Of a stretch of 64,000 nucleotides of DNA, positions 37,251-50,853 are shown piece after piece. A program made the translations under genes and the position numbers. Numbering within the stretch: the stretch's first letter is position 1; each line of letters begins with the position of its first letter. Below the pieces are notes generated by a model. The model worked only from the letters and a program-made list of their open reading frames with translations, had not been told where the DNA came from and did not search any database. Source of the DNA: Callorhinchus milii (Eukaryota); assembly GCF_018977255.1 (NCBI RefSeq), contig NW_024704742.1, positions 2,792,001-2,856,000 of the forward strand, given 5' to 3'.

Positions 37251-38664
37251 GAAAAATAAAGAGCCCTAGCTTGTCGAATCATTGGTCCTCAGCCAGTATC
37301 CCAGGCAGCGCCCAGCATAGCAAGACACAAGACAGGCCATCAACTGGGAATGACTGCATGCGGTGATCCTTGGGGGGGGGGGGAAGAGTTTTGCTGGTCC
37401 TTGCAGTTGCTGACCTTGGTGGTGGTATGCTTTAGCGTTGCATTTTCCTTGTTAAAAGAGCATAAAAGTGAGATTAGTGAGGTTTACCGACCAGGGAAAT
37501 ATTCCTTCATCGTTTTTAACCGAAATCTACCAGCTGCTAGCTACCACTTGCCCACAATTACTGCTCTTACAACTCTCGTCTGCTGTTCATTCCTCACTCC
37601 CTTCATCCCACCGTTCAGCCACTGCCCCAGATTCTCTGTGGGATTCTCTCCCCAAACTCTCTTTGCCGTGTGCCTTTTCCTCCTGCCTATAAAACCGCCT
37701 TTTTTTAAAATATATATATGTATATTTGCTTAAATTACCTTACCTTTTGCTTCGATCGTTTCCTTTCTGCTCAGTTGCTCTCATTGTCCTTGTGACGTGC
37801 GTTCAGGCATTTGTCTTCTGTGAAACGCGCCGTTGGTGTACTGCGTAAAGCCATTTTTAAAAAAAAATGATTTGAAATAAAGGTACTTGACATGAAGGCC
37901 TATTAAAAGGGTGCAAAACCATAAAAGATCTCTGCAAACTTGCTCTTTCAACTCGCCGATAGACAACACAATACAGATTTACAGTGCTTTTACATCGGGA
38001 AGATGTCGCAAGGCGTTTAAATAACAAATAGCAACTAAAACATCGTCAGTTCTTGAGGGTTTTTCTGACAATCCGTTGTTATCAATGGCCTGTTCGCCTC
38101 CCAGGCCATGTGACTAATGTGTCCATGTCTTTTCCGGGAAGATCATAAGCCTTTTCAGATTGCATTCGGTCTCATAAAGCAATAGATGTCAGAGGAGGAG
38201 TGTCGTCGAAAACCTGTCGGTGTTTGACATGTTATTGCAGGAGAGGAGAATCACTCACATAATTGTTGTAAACATCCAAAAAAAAATGCATAATATTATT
38301 TCTGTTACAACGCCATCATGTTGTAATGTTCTTCTTTTACAAAGCATAGGAGCAGAATAGACATTTATCTTAATTTCCCTTCGCTGCCACAAAATGACTG
38401 CTGGGAATTACGACGACAACTACTCCTATTACGTGGGCGATCAAAAAAGTTGTGATATCGACCCTACTATCTAACTAAAAACCAAAATAGCGTAGTTCCT
38501 TTAAGACTGATTAGACATTGTAACGGTATCACTACTTTTTGGTCGGCAAGACCGGATGGGCCGAATGGCCTGCTTCTGAGCTGTAGCTTCTATCAGTCTC
38601 TGAGTCTTGTCCGACAATCAGGAAGTCGGTCAAACTACCTTCGTCAAACATGGCTGCTATTGTG

Positions 38665-38955
38665 ACATAGAGTTACACGTGGAGTGATACTGCACAGAAG
38701 TAGGCCGTTGGGCTCAACTAGCCCATGTCCGTGTCTACGTTCCACACGAGCTCCATCTCCTCACCTTGGCTCTTCTTTTAGTCCCTTCTCTCTCGCGTGT
38801 GCGTCAAGTTTTCTCTTAAAAACATATCGATGCGACGTCTCTCCTTCAACCTACCAGCGTTACAGTTCCATATTCTCAACACCCTCTGCGTGAAGAAGTT
38901 CCTCCTAAACTCTCTCAAGAAGATCCGCGACTTATATTTATGCCCTCTAGTCTGG
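38665..38955 (-). mobile_element. CR1 LINE 3' end
   Basis: gcacagaagtaggcc...gttccatattctcaacaccctctgcgtgaagaagttcctcct; a + strand CR1 terminus lies at 38545-38600. Confidence 0.7.
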
Positions 38956-39744
38956 GATTCGGAATACTAAGTATTCTCAGGCTTTATTGTTTTTGCTGCG
39001 GGGATGGGTGGGTGGGTGGGGGGGAGGAAAGAGTTTGTGAAAACACTGGAAAGACAAGGCTAAGAAACTGATTTTTGCTGTTATGTGACTGTGCTACAAA
39101 TCCTGGTTTGCTCCACATTGTAGCTCACAGCTATCGCAAGGCAACTGCCTGGTACTAAACTGCCCGTTCGGATAATAGGCCGCTTACTCAATTTGCCGAC
39201 GATTGGCAAATTGCAGATGCAGCACATAAGCCACTTGACAGCTCCTAGGTGTCACTTCTACTGATAGCTCTGGACTGCAAATGGTATGTAAACTGCGCAG
39301 TGAACTAAAACAAGAAGCGTTCAATTGATCTGATGCAATGAGCGGAAATAGTTGAAATTGCTACTTGCAGCAATAAGTAGGACGCCAGAGGAGTGGGTGC
39401 TGCTGCCTGTGTGGATAATTAGAGATGTACAAAAATTATGAGAGGTTTTGACAGGATAAATAGGAATAATTTATTTCCATTGATAGAGGAGGCAGTGACC
39501 CTGTCTCTTTTCAAGGCCATAAGAGCCCATGCTTATCTGGTTGTTCCTCAGAGTCTACCCCCTTTGACACTTAAGAATCGCTCTCATTTCTGTCTTCTTC
39601 GCTGCCTCCAGGCGACAACGAAGAACAAAATTACATTTGTACAGTGCCTTTCACGTCAGGAGGACAGGACGTCCCAAGGCAATCCCTTATGTTGTGGTAA
39701 CCAAAAATAAATCCCCGACTTCAGCCGGAGTCTGACTGGAGCCC

Positions 39745-39950
39745 AATATCGGGGCTTTTCCGGGGTTGATAATTCCTTCCAAAAAAGTAATCAATCGGCC
39801 ACTCAATCCACGACTTTGTGGGACGCTGCTGTGCGCATTTCGCCCACAAAGTATATGCAGTCAATTCACTTTACGGAGTATCCTGCGAAGCGCTTCGAGA
39901 CGTCTCGAAGACATGATGAGGCGCTGTATCAAATGCAAGGATTATTATTC
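39745..39950 (+). mobile_element. Young SINE, 5'-truncated
   Basis: Body with a small internal deletion, plus tail. Confidence 0.88.
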
Positions 39951-40329
39951 TGTAGTTTGAGCATGATTTCTTAGGATCAAGGCCTAATGGGTTTGGCAGC
40001 ACAGCTAGCCCACTGTCTTGTCGCCTTTCTTTTTTTTTAGCGACCTCACCCTGTTCGCACGTGGTGATGTAGACGAAGACCGAGGTGGAACCAAGTAAAA
40101 TGAATGAGTTGGAAGACGAGGCATAAAGCACAGGATGGGGGCGGGGGGGATGAAACTGACATCTTGCGCACAAGAGTGTTGGTAGGGAAAGGATAGGATT
40201 GGGGATTTAGGGTGGACACAGTAGTTTTTTTGCAGTGAGCCACAAACTGCTGATAAATCCCAGGAATGCCCCAGATTTTATCAAATCACGGAGGTGTAGC
40301 AGTTCTCAATAACTTATCATATTGTCGAT

Positions 40330-40695
40330 TACAAAACTCCTTGCTGAAATGCTGAATACTATAGTTCCCTGGAGTTCAACACTTTCTTTTGTCTTCAACA
40401 TCTATAGCTCAATGTTCTCTCCCCTTCCCACATTACAACAGCAACTTGCATTCATATATTCCCCTTCACACAGAATAACACTGTTTTATGCTGCCACGTA
40501 TATCCATATTCAATTTCTAGATTGCTATTTTTCCTGTTTTTCTCTAGTTCCTTATTTTTTATGTTGTAATCACTTGGGATACCCACATCAATAATACTAC
40601 ATGTACATCCTATTTGTTTCTTTATGATAATATCTGATCTGTTATAGATGACTGTCCTATCCATATGTATTTTTAAATCCCAGATTGTTGTGATA
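40330..40695 (-). mobile_element. Fossil R4-clade (Dong/Rex6-type) non-LTR retrotransposon, restriction-like endonuclease domain
   Basis: Translation IWDLKIHMDRTVIYNRSDIII...IIDVGIPSDYNIKNKELEKNRKNSNLEIEYGYTWQHKTV (40479-40685) fits the WD..I.TD..NxPD..IDVAIP.D.N..KE.EK..KY..L..E...W pattern. Confidence 0.85.
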
Positions 40696-40808
40696 ATCAC
40701 TGCAAACCATTTAGAAATTACTTGACAGAACGACAAAACTGCAATAACAATAAAAGTAATATAACAATAGGCAAAACCTTAACTTGCGCACAGCAAGTTA
40801 AGTAATAT

Positions 40809-40954
<146 letters not shown>

Positions 40955-41721
40955 GCTGGCCTCGGAAAACAAGTCTACCCTTCCTCTCGCGGGGAAGTCT
41001 GACTTGTGATGTTTGGGCTCTGAGATGATGGGCTCAGCTTCGGCACTTCGTGATTCCAGCATTCGTCCTCTACCCATTCTTCCTGCTGATATGTGCGAGT
41101 GGTCGATCTCCCTCCCGCCCCCCCGCCCGCCCCCCCCCGCCCCAACACAACCCCAACTTGTCCTTTCCCAATCTGCTCAGGTGCATTTCGGAGGAGTCCT
41201 GTCCAGCGACACACTTGCACTGGGTGGTGACTAGGCCTTTTGAAACGTTTAAGACAGCTTTATCCTCAGGAAGCTGCACGTGTTAGAGCTTCCGTCATGC
41301 GTTGCTGTCAGTGTCAGTCCGGCTGGTGCATGTTATGGATCTCAGCGCCTTGGGACCTTCTCCAGACCTGCAGCCCCGCCATGAGTCAGCCCAGTCTATA
41401 AGATAGATAGAAAGCAGAAGGGTAACATTTCCCAATGGGTAAATAACAATATTTTTATAGCTATCCCTGGTGAAGGGCGCTATATAAATGCAGGTTGTTG
41501 TTGTATGTGTTTACTAACGTTTTACTTTGATTCTCTCTGCCAATTTTCTCTTGCAACAATGCACATTACATCCGGCATTTGTTTAGCGAAGAACATTTAC
41601 ATGTAGTTTGACTAATTGGTTTCCTTGGAACCATTTGTTAATGTACTCCCAGATGCTACTTGCGCGAATGGCGCTATGTAAAATCGCAGGTTGGTGTTTG
41701 GCTGCTCCAATCCCCCACCCT

Positions 41722-41736
41722 TGTCTGTCAGTCTGT

Positions 41737-41793
<57 letters not shown>

Positions 41794-41801
41794 TGCCTGC
41801 C

Positions 41802-41854
<53 letters not shown>

Positions 41855-41900
41855 GCCTGTCTGCCTGTCTGTCTGTCTGTCTGTCTCTCTGCCTGTCTGT
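41722..41900. repeat. Compound (CTGC)n/(CTGT)n microsatellite
   Basis: Direct reading. Confidence 0.98.
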
Positions 41901-44122
41901 CCATCCCCAGTACACTCCTCATCGATCCTGCTTGCTCATTCCCATTTCACTTTCCCCGTTCCAGCTTCTCTGCTTCAATTCGTTTTTTAATACGACACCC
42001 GGCACCTTTCCATCTCCCGGCTTTGACTTTCACGAACGCAGGCCTGCAGAAGGTGGCTTTGCTCGTGCTCGCTGGACCCAGTTAGATTATTTCTGTCACA
42101 AAAGACGCTGGAGTTGCAAACGTTTCCCAGTTGCCCATTCCAATATATATGTATAATGTATTACCAGCAGACGCATCGCACGTGTTGGATGATGCAACTG
42201 TCGTGTGACAAAATGCTATCCTTTATTGCTGTATGACTGTGGCGCTACTTGTAGCATTGGGGTGCCGTGCATGAGGATGGGGCGCTGTGTGCGGCGTTGC
42301 TATGCGTGATGTTGCCTTGTGTTGCGGGGCTATGCTTTACATTGCTACCCATCGCATGTTGTTGCAGTGCTTTACGTGATGTCGCTCGCGGTCCTTTACA
42401 CCATGCCATGGGTCAATTGCGACGTGGACTGTTATTGGTGTCGCGGTACTCTGCCACTCTCTGCTGCGTCTCAAATCCTTAGATTGTGTCGGAGGCTTGG
42501 AATTGAGTCTTAGCTAATGTTTGAACTAAGCGGTCGGTCAGCCTTTGGCCGTGCGTTAACAACGCAAACCTATATTTATATAGCGTCTTTCACGTCGGGA
42601 GGACATCCCAAGGAGCAGGAGTCGACTTGTTCTAGTATGTATTTATTACTTGGCATTTTGTGCCTTTTAATAATAATCCTTGCCTTCGTTGTAGAGCCTT
42701 TCACGTCAAGTGGAGTGACTCTGTATTTGTAGGCGAATGGTGCTCTATCTATCAACACTGCCTAACTCAGGAATCTCTTGATGCTTATGACAAGACAGGT
42801 CGGTCCGTTTGATTCCAGCTTTGCCTGTAATAATATTAATATCACAGGGTTTCTCTGGTGTCATTTGTAGTATGAACTGCCTTTGATTTTGTCTCTCCCA
42901 AGTCTCCAGTGCTCCAGCCTTGACTTTACTTGATGACTTGGTTGAATATTTCTCGTTTGCCTGGTTTTGGTTGGATACCTGGCCACATCAGTTTAGCTTC
43001 CTCTGTGAAGACCTGCCTATTAAAGCAAGGAGCCTGGAGCAGGTCAGATCAGCGCACTCTTCTCCAATGCGTCTCTTGTCTGCCTGCGAGATAGTCTCCC
43101 ATGTACAATATTTAGGGCCTTTTTTTTCCGAGCTCTTTTGATGTTTTATTTCCTGCTGTTGAAATCTCATATTTTGGAAAATTTTAGATTCCTTGCGATT
43201 CAATGTGCCTTTAAGCGTCCATCAATGTAAGCCAGTTCTGAAGGATCATCCTCGCAAGCAGCTTGTTCTCTGATGGAACGTATGAAATGCTGCAGTGCAG
43301 TACGTTGGCCAGTTGCTATGGAGCAATGCCTTTCATCAAATCGCTGAACGAGAAATTGATTTAACCCTCAGACCGCTGGTGAATCCGTGGGCTTTGTGGC
43401 TCCCCGGTCAGACCGATTAAGTAGATTTTCAGATCAGGCCCTTTCAACGCTGAAATGAGTACCAGTGCATTACGGTCATGAAGCTACTGGTAAACCTTCC
43501 ATTAATATTTTATTTAAACTGCGTCACTACGTGTTGTTAAGCCGAAAATGAATGTTAAGAGCGCGATTTTATGTAAACACCAAAAAGCGATATAAGTGTT
43601 ACAGAGAAGCAGAGGATAAGCACACATGACCACTGGAGCTCACGGGTGTGAATCAGATACTGTCCTTCAGTCAATTATTTCACCAACTAGTGTATCCCGT
43701 TTGCTGGCACATGGTCAGGATCTCTACCCTGCTGTTCCATCTCACTCCTCTCCCAGTCTTTAATATCCTTCTAAAGGGTCAGCCTCGATGGCACACCAGA
43801 CAGACCTGAAGTTTGCAGACTAGGAACTTTCTGGTTTGAAACCTGACCCGGGCTGAATATTAGCCTTGTGGTCCTGAAGGGTTTTTTTTGTGTAAAAAGA
43901 CGGCTGCGGAAAATGTTTTTATTTCATTTCCACTTACTTCGGATGAAGCGTGTGGAGGGGGAGCTCGATCACGCAGGCCGAGTGAAAATAATGGGCTGCG
44001 AGTTGGAAGTCGGGCCGTTTTGCGAAAGAGAAGCAGGCGCTGGAAACAGTATTTTTATTTGTGTATTTAAAAGCTGTTTTCTAACCAAACAAAAACCCCC
44101 CGATTGCAAAGGTGTTTCACTC

Positions 44123-44295
44123 CAATAATTATAATCATCCTCGCATTTGATGTAGCGTCTTTATCACATCATTGAGAAACCTCAAAGTGCTTCGCAGGAC
44201 ATACTGTAAAGCGGATTCTCTTTTTTATTGTGTGGGTTAACACAGCGACCAATTATGCACAGCAATGTCCCTCAAACAGCCACAGAGTGAGTGAA
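44123..44295 (-). mobile_element. SINE 3' part, decayed
   Basis: Tail and body in reverse; further minus tails at 42560-42740 and 48910-48975. Confidence 0.75.
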
Positions 44296-44774
44296 CATCA
44301 CAACATCTGCGCTCACCCACTGGTTTAAAATTTTTGCTTGCAGTCAAGGTGGAATTTGCTTAAGGGTTTGTGGGGAACAGCTTCATATCAACTGGAAACA
44401 TTCAGTGATTGATCAATAATGGTACCCTATTCATTCTCTTGCCTTCTCCACTGATGGACACTCTTTCATTATCTCCACATCTGTACTGTCTCTGGTTGCA
44501 AAGTGCATTACCTCATATATAAAATCCACCGGCCATCCCTTGACCCATCTGCTAATTGGTCCAAGGTCTCTTGAATGCTTTTTATCCTCCTTATATAAGT
44601 GCTTCCCTCTGTCACTCTTTGAGAAACGGCCCCCCACCCGAAAAAAAGCTGCAGGTAAAACCCAGGGTTTCCCACAAAGAACTTTTTCAGTGATCGGCAT
44701 CTTCTTTGTAAAGCAAAGTTTCCAAATCACTTAAAATTTCATTCGTTCCATGATCTTTCAGCTTGTTCTCATGA

Positions 44775-45235
44775 ATCCATGTATTCATCACGTCCAGGCT
44801 TGACTCCTGCTCACCGGACTACACAACTCTTCCCTTCACAGACTGCAAACTGTCCAGAGCTCCGCAGCTCGTGTCTTCTCCCTCACTAGACTCTGTGAGC
44901 CAATCATCCCCCGTCCTCGCCCCGGCTCCACTGACTCCCAACCCCCAGTGAATTGAGATCAAGATCTTGATCCTAACCTTCAAATCCCTCCACGGTTTTG
45001 CCCCACCTTACCTCTGTGACTTCCTCAAACGGTATAAACCTGATCAACTCCTCCACTCAGTGGGCACTGGCCCGTTTGGTGTCTCCACCCTGCCATCGGC
45101 GGTTGGGCTTTCAGTTTATTTGCCCCCAGTTTCTGGAGCTCCATCCTGGAGTCTGTATAATTTGCCCCTTCCCTCGCGTCCTCCTTCATTGTGTCTGCCC
45201 AAGACTTTTCCTCTTTGACCACACCTTCAGAGGGA
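44775..45235 (+). mobile_element. L2-clade LINE 3' fragment
   Basis: SRLD...LQTVQSSAARV...KILILTFKSLHGFAPPYLCD. Confidence 0.85.
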
Positions 45236-45756
45236 ATCCTCACTGGGATTCCTTCCTAGAACATTCCCCATTGGAAATCAACCCGTACTGCCCTTCATTA
45301 GTTACGGCCAAAAGAAAAACAAACAAATAAACATACGCCACACTATCAAATTGATTTTTTTTAAAAAAAAAACCTCCCTTAAGCCTCAGCAAAATAAATG
45401 TTGTTCTCTTGCCTGGCTCGCACCTTGCTATTCTCCTCCTGTTTGGACACATTTCATTTATTATGTGCACTAATGACCTCATTAGCTGCTCATTACGAGG
45501 CCATTCAGCACTTCACACTGTCTGGCGGTAATTGGTTACTTCCATTTTCGGAACCTTCAACTTCTCGTGTTCGCTAATCGGCCCGATTTACCGCCTGATT
45601 TCTTTTTTAATGATCTTAATGACCGACAGGAGAGAGTGGGGGGGGGAGAGAAAAAAAACGTCCGTCTCCAAAGTGTTTTGATTTTTTTATTAGAAAAAAC
45701 AAAATCAATCTTTTCCCCAGTGTAAAGCTCACCTGCATTAACTGGGGGTGAGGATG

Positions 45757-45798
45757 GTACAGTACAGTACAGTACAGTACTACAGTACAGTACAGTAC
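45757..45798. repeat. (CAGTA)n pentanucleotide repeat
   Basis: Direct reading. Confidence 0.9.
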
Positions 45799-46364
45799 AT
45801 CTTGCTGTAAATGTTAAGCATCCAAGAGTGTTAAGCTGCGAGGCAGAGAGTTGTTCAGTGTTTAGTTCGCTCTTCCTGTCAGTGGAAGCTCTCCTGACCT
45901 TGTACTCTATTATCTTCATCTTACAAAATCTTCTTTTGCTGACACGTCAGGTACAAAGCTCTGGCTGATCTCAAATGGACGTCAAGCAAGATCCCTTTGA
46001 TAGACCGGATTCTGACGTTATCTGTAACGTACATTCATGCCACACGCTGTGAAATCTTGCGACAATAAAGGAGCTCGTTAATACAATGGCAGGAGCAAGT
46101 TGTTCTTACTGAGAAGCCACAAAGGCCAATCCTACAGACACCAGCACAGTTTCAAAATGTGAGAAGAAGATGAGATTATGGAAGGAGGATTTAGGTGAGC
46201 ATGGTTTAGACAGTTGCCAGGTCAGAGGAACATGGAAACACAGGAATAGGTGCAGGTTATTTAGGGCATCAAACCTGATCCACTGTTATATTGGATGATG
46301 GCAGACTTTTTGCCCATGTTCTCCATATTCTTCAATACTCTTCATACGTAATTGCCTGATACTT

Positions 46365-47230
46365 TCCAACTATCCTTCGATTCGAACCTGTCTCCCCCTC
46401 CTCTCTCACCACCATTATAAACCAAGTGAAACGCACCACCTGCTCCCTCGACCCCTTCCCTACCCCTCTCCTTAACTCCCAGCTCCACCTCCTTGCCCCT
46501 TCTACTCACAGACCTCATCAACCTCTCCCTGTCCACTGGCGCCCCATTAAAAACAACTGTCATCACCCCTATCCACAAAAATCCTTCTCTGGACTCATCG
46601 CAGCTCTCAAATTACCGCCCTATCTCCAACCTGCATTTCCTTTCCAAGGTCCTTGAACGAGTCATTGCTTCCCAGCTTTGCTCCTTCCTCTCCCGCCACT
46701 CCCTATACGAACCCCTCCAATCAGGTTTCCGTGCTGCCCGCATAAAACCACTATACGCATTAAATCCAATTGACTCAAACTCCACCTTGCATATCCTCAC
46801 CCGTGCCAACCCCATCTCCGCAGTTCTTGCCAGGCTCCGCTGGCTGGAGCCAATTGTGATCTATTTCAGGATCCTGAAACTCATCTGTAAATCACTTCAT
46901 GCCCCCGGCACCTTTGTACATCTCCAACCTGCTTACACCCAATGCCCCCTGCGCTCAGCTGGCTCTGACCTTCTTCATATCCTTTGATCCCTCCGTTCCA
47001 CCATCCATGGTCGTGTTTTCAGCCACCGGATTCTGAAACTCTGGAAAGCTCTGTCTCAATCCCTCTGCCTTGCCCCCTCCTTGCCCATCTTCAACTCGGA
47101 TCTGAAGGCCTTCCTCTTTGACCGTGCCCGTGGTCACCTCTCCTCTCTCCCCAGCTCGACACTCTTGAGCACTCCAAGTCACTACCTACGTGAAAAGCAC
47201 TGTACGAATACAAGTTGCTTTGTGTTATTG
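46365..47230 (+). mobile_element. L2-clade LINE, internally deleted ORF2 remnant with 3' tail
   Basis: TTCSLDPFPT...LINLSLSTG...NYRPISNLHFLSKVLERVIASQL...QSGFRAA; jumps at about 46740 to the C-terminal part; tail gtgaaaagcactgtacgaatacaagttg. Confidence 0.92.
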
Positions 47231-47235
47231 ATTTA

Positions 47236-47590
47236 GGTGTCAGCTTCGTTTAGTTGGGACGAATTTTGCCTCTTGAAGACTTGAGCTGATATTTCAGTGC
47301 AATGCTGGGAGCGTGCTGGATTGTTGCAGGTGCCATCATTCTGATGAGGCATTCATTAAACCGAGATTTGCCTGTTCAGGGGGACGGTAAAGATGACACT
47401 ATTTGAAGAAAAATCTCCCGGTGATCTGGGCACCAATCCTCTGATAAATTAATAATTCACTTCATTGCTGTTTGTGGGATAATTAATATCCAAATTCGCT
47501 GCCTTATTTTCCTAATAATAGAGAGTCACCAGACTTGGCAGCAGTTACCATGTTGAGACGTCATAGGCGCTGTCTCGAACACAGTGATTA
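47236..47590 (+). mobile_element. Old Deu-domain SINE
   Basis: Head gtgtcagctt...tagttgg and Deu core. Confidence 0.7.
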
Positions 47591-48329
47591 CTAAGAAAAG
47601 TCGTGTTAAAAATGCAACACAAGAAAATAAGGTGTCATATACTGAGCTATTGGAAAATACAGATAATTTACCTTTTCAGCATTGGTTTAATAATGTGTAT
47701 GTCCCCAAATACAGGTTGTCAAACAGTGAAATGAATACTATGAAACAACAGTTCACGTCGCACATGCACATCTATAGGACTATCTGATGCAGGACGATGT
47801 CTGATATGACACCAAACATTGTTTATGGTTACTTCAGTAATGGGAAAATCCTACAGGCAATTCCTGTCCTTTGTGGCATATTCTGGTGGCACTTCCAAAG
47901 ATAGTGATGGAGAGGCTAAAAGGGTTTACTTTAGCTGCAAGGCAAGTGTATCCCAATTTTAACCACATGAAATATGAGATACGTTTTTAACAATGACATG
48001 CTCAACAGTGTTTCATGGTACCACTAAATTACTCCGCAGTAGATGTAAATAAATAATAAGTTTTAATAAGTTATACATATTTATGGATGTTTAAGGGGGA
48101 AATATCTTCCACTGAATTGACTAATAATCCCAAACGTTAGAGAGGGAGATATCTGTACATCCTCTGATGTATGTAAATAAGCCTGGCTCAGTGACTCCGT
48201 TTAATACTTTACGACTAGCGGTCTGCTCAGCCTGAGAGAGGACGATGTTGAGGGAATTTGGACTGGAGTGGCATGATGGTTCATTATCCCCACTCACCCC
48301 CCTCCCCCAAAGACGTTATCTATGAAGGA

Positions 48330-48600
48330 TGCCCTTTGGATATCATATTCCTAGTGTCTTCCTATTACAGCATCAAGCACCTGTTAAATGTGTCTAACAT
48401 CCTTGTCTCACCTGCCCTTCCTTACTAGCAACCTGTTCCAGTTGTCAATTACCCTCTGAGTAAAGAAATACTTAATAGCGTCCGTCCTAAAATTGTGCTT
48501 TGCAAAATCCTGCGTCCTCGTTCCAAGAGCCCTCTTGTATTGTTGACTCAGTGCATCCAGACATACTGTTCTGAATCTGTTTTAATCTTACGTTATCTCT
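48330..48600 (-). mobile_element. CR1 LINE 3' fragment
   Basis: gcaacctgttccagttgtcaattaccctctgagtaaagaaa motif, also seen at 27595-27640. Confidence 0.6.
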
Positions 48601-50533
48601 GACAGAGTAAGTCGTTGTTTAGGGTTAACATTTCAACGGTGAAGCAGTTTCTCAGGTGGAATAGGTTTATTGTTCTGTTTTATTTTCCACGTAACAGATC
48701 TTGGAGCGAAAAAAAAAGGGGGGGGAGGAACCAAATGAATCAGTGGTCTAAACTTTCTGGAGGCCCTAGGGTTTAATCATCTTTTGGAACGATCTTGTGG
48801 ATCAGAAAATGTGCGCGTAACACACCCCATAAAAGGTTACTTCCGTAAGGTACATTGTCTGTACATTTTATGGACTCGATGTTAATGTGTCACACTAACA
48901 TGGTGACCTCAGCAACAACAACAAAATGACTTTGCACAGCGCCTTTCACGTCGGAAGGACGTCCCAAGGCGCCGGACAGTCATCCAGAAGCAACTGTAGG
49001 TGTGTGCTGAATTTGCACGTGTTCGATTCCCCCAGACTGACTTTCAGCACCTGTATTAATGAAGCTCATCCAGTCCACTGTAGTGATGTATCTGTTTCAT
49101 TTAGGAAATGAAGTGCTACTAAATGCATAATTTTAAAGAGCAACGAGTGGATTTGAAGGGACATGAGCCACAAAGTGACTGAAATCTATCATGCTGGCTG
49201 CTCATCTTTGAGTGTTCCCCATCTTCACGGCTATTTAAGCAAGCATTCTAAATGGAAATGCACTTGACGTTCTGTAATAAGGTGTAATCAAACAATGTTG
49301 GGAGTTCAGCTGACTTTGAAGGGTGCGATTCATTTTTTCCAACGACACAGAAGCAGCTAATTTCATATCATGGCCACACACATCTGTCTGTCCAGCCTCT
49401 CCGTGACCACTAACTTATCGTGGCACTAATAGGGGAGAAAAAAAAACTTGCATTGAATTGCGACCAAACTTCTGTACGCACTTGCTCTCAGCAGACGCCG
49501 AATTGATGTTCGCAATTGGTTAGCGTGAAGCTGTGTGTGCAACCCACTTAATAAGCTTGGCGTTTCAAAGCATTTGACGAGTTTCTCACCATGAAATGAA
49601 ACGATTCATTCGAGGCATTTCAATTAATAAATAATAATAATAATACTCATAATCATTCTTGCATTTGATATCGTGAATCATCCATAACGGCAAAGCCTGA
49701 AACAAGGCAGTAGGCGAGACGTTGGCATAAAGCAGGTGATGTTATCCTTTGTGGCTGTTTTTGTTTCCAAACTGAGGTGACTGCGCTATAAGCGAACCTC
49801 TGCTTTACCGGGGAGCAGTGTGATGGGAGTCGGGCTGTAGCACACCTTGACATCAATTCACAGACATTTTCAGGAACATCATTGCCTTCTGTCGTTAGAG
49901 CAGAGACTGATGATGGGCTACGTTTGGGGCATTTTTTTTTGTTTGCCGGCTGCAAAAAGACATTCACCATTGTTCCGAGACGCAAAGCATTCTCCTCAGA
50001 AATCCACGGCAGAACTGACAACTTTGTCAGATTCAAGACTCGGGCAATCAAGGGTCTCGGAATCGTTACCTGCGAATTGCCATATGACAGGCAGCTTCCC
50101 ATCTCAGCCTTTAATGAAATTCCAGATCGCTTAGATGCCTGCGATGAAAGATACTCGGGTAATGTATACTGGAGAAACAATACTCTTTCAGCTCGGTTTG
50201 AAAGAATTCGCAAGTGAAAGAAAAAGACTTTTGTTGCTGGGTCTTTCGCAACGCTGATTATGAGACCCAGAAGTGATGGAGAAGGAAATAGCACCTGAGA
50301 GTTTAACCTGAAACACGGACTCAATGCAAATTGCACCTGCTCAGACGCAGAGGCGAAATCTCAGCGCAATATCGTGCATTAAACTTGACCAGCGCAATGT
50401 GAAACGACCCTCCTTTTCTTTCGTGCCTTTCGCCCGCCCTCCTACCTCTCTGGCCTCCTTCATCCCAACCCTGCCCCCCCCCCCACCACCCCACGTTCAG
50501 GTCTTGATCCCCGACTGTTGAGCGCCTTGGGAC

Positions 50534-50853
50534 ATCCTGTAGCTCAGTGGCTAGAGCACTCGCTTTGCAAGCGAGACACCCGGGTTCAATTCCAGGCAGA
50601 GGGCGAAACCTTGGGCAAGTTTCCTTACTCCACACAGAGCCTAATAATAATCCCTCCAAAGCAAAACAATAATAATTTGGTCATTTTCAATCCACGACTA
50701 TTTGTGGGGACACTGCTGTGCGCAATTGGCTGCCGCGTTTCGCCCACAAATATACGTTTAATTCACTCTACAGTGTGTTCTGTGAAGTGCTTTGAGACGT
50801 CGAGAAGACGTGAAAAGCGCTATATCAAATGCAAGGATTATTACTATTATTAT
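50534..50853 (+). mobile_element. Young SINE variant A nested in a LINE/SINE tail
   Basis: Essentially full element flanked by atcct (50534-50538, 50852-50856); the host tail resumes as cccgatgtgaaaggcac. Confidence 0.93.

Noticed and set aside
37744..37840. Minus-strand exon-like segment (AAG|gtaagg)
   Set aside because: Stops in all frames; no consistent minus-strand exon chain.
38267..38277. tgtaaacatcc, the miR-30 5' end
   Set aside because: Continues into poly-A, with no precursor hairpin.
41653..41689. Exon-like cag...CAG|gttggt
   Set aside because: Stops in phase 1 and resembles the LINE/SINE tail.
41583..42156. Overlapping repetitive ORFs (CLPA/CLSV, RQTD)
   Set aside because: Translations of the tetranucleotide microsatellite.
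49043..49052. ttcagcacc REST half-sites (also near 54308)
   Set aside because: No accompanying GGACAG half-site.
49653..50336. Longest ORF (227 aa, minus strand)
   Set aside because: No recognisable domain or convincing splice frame, and it ends in a SINE-tail remnant (YQMQE); likely a chance ORF.
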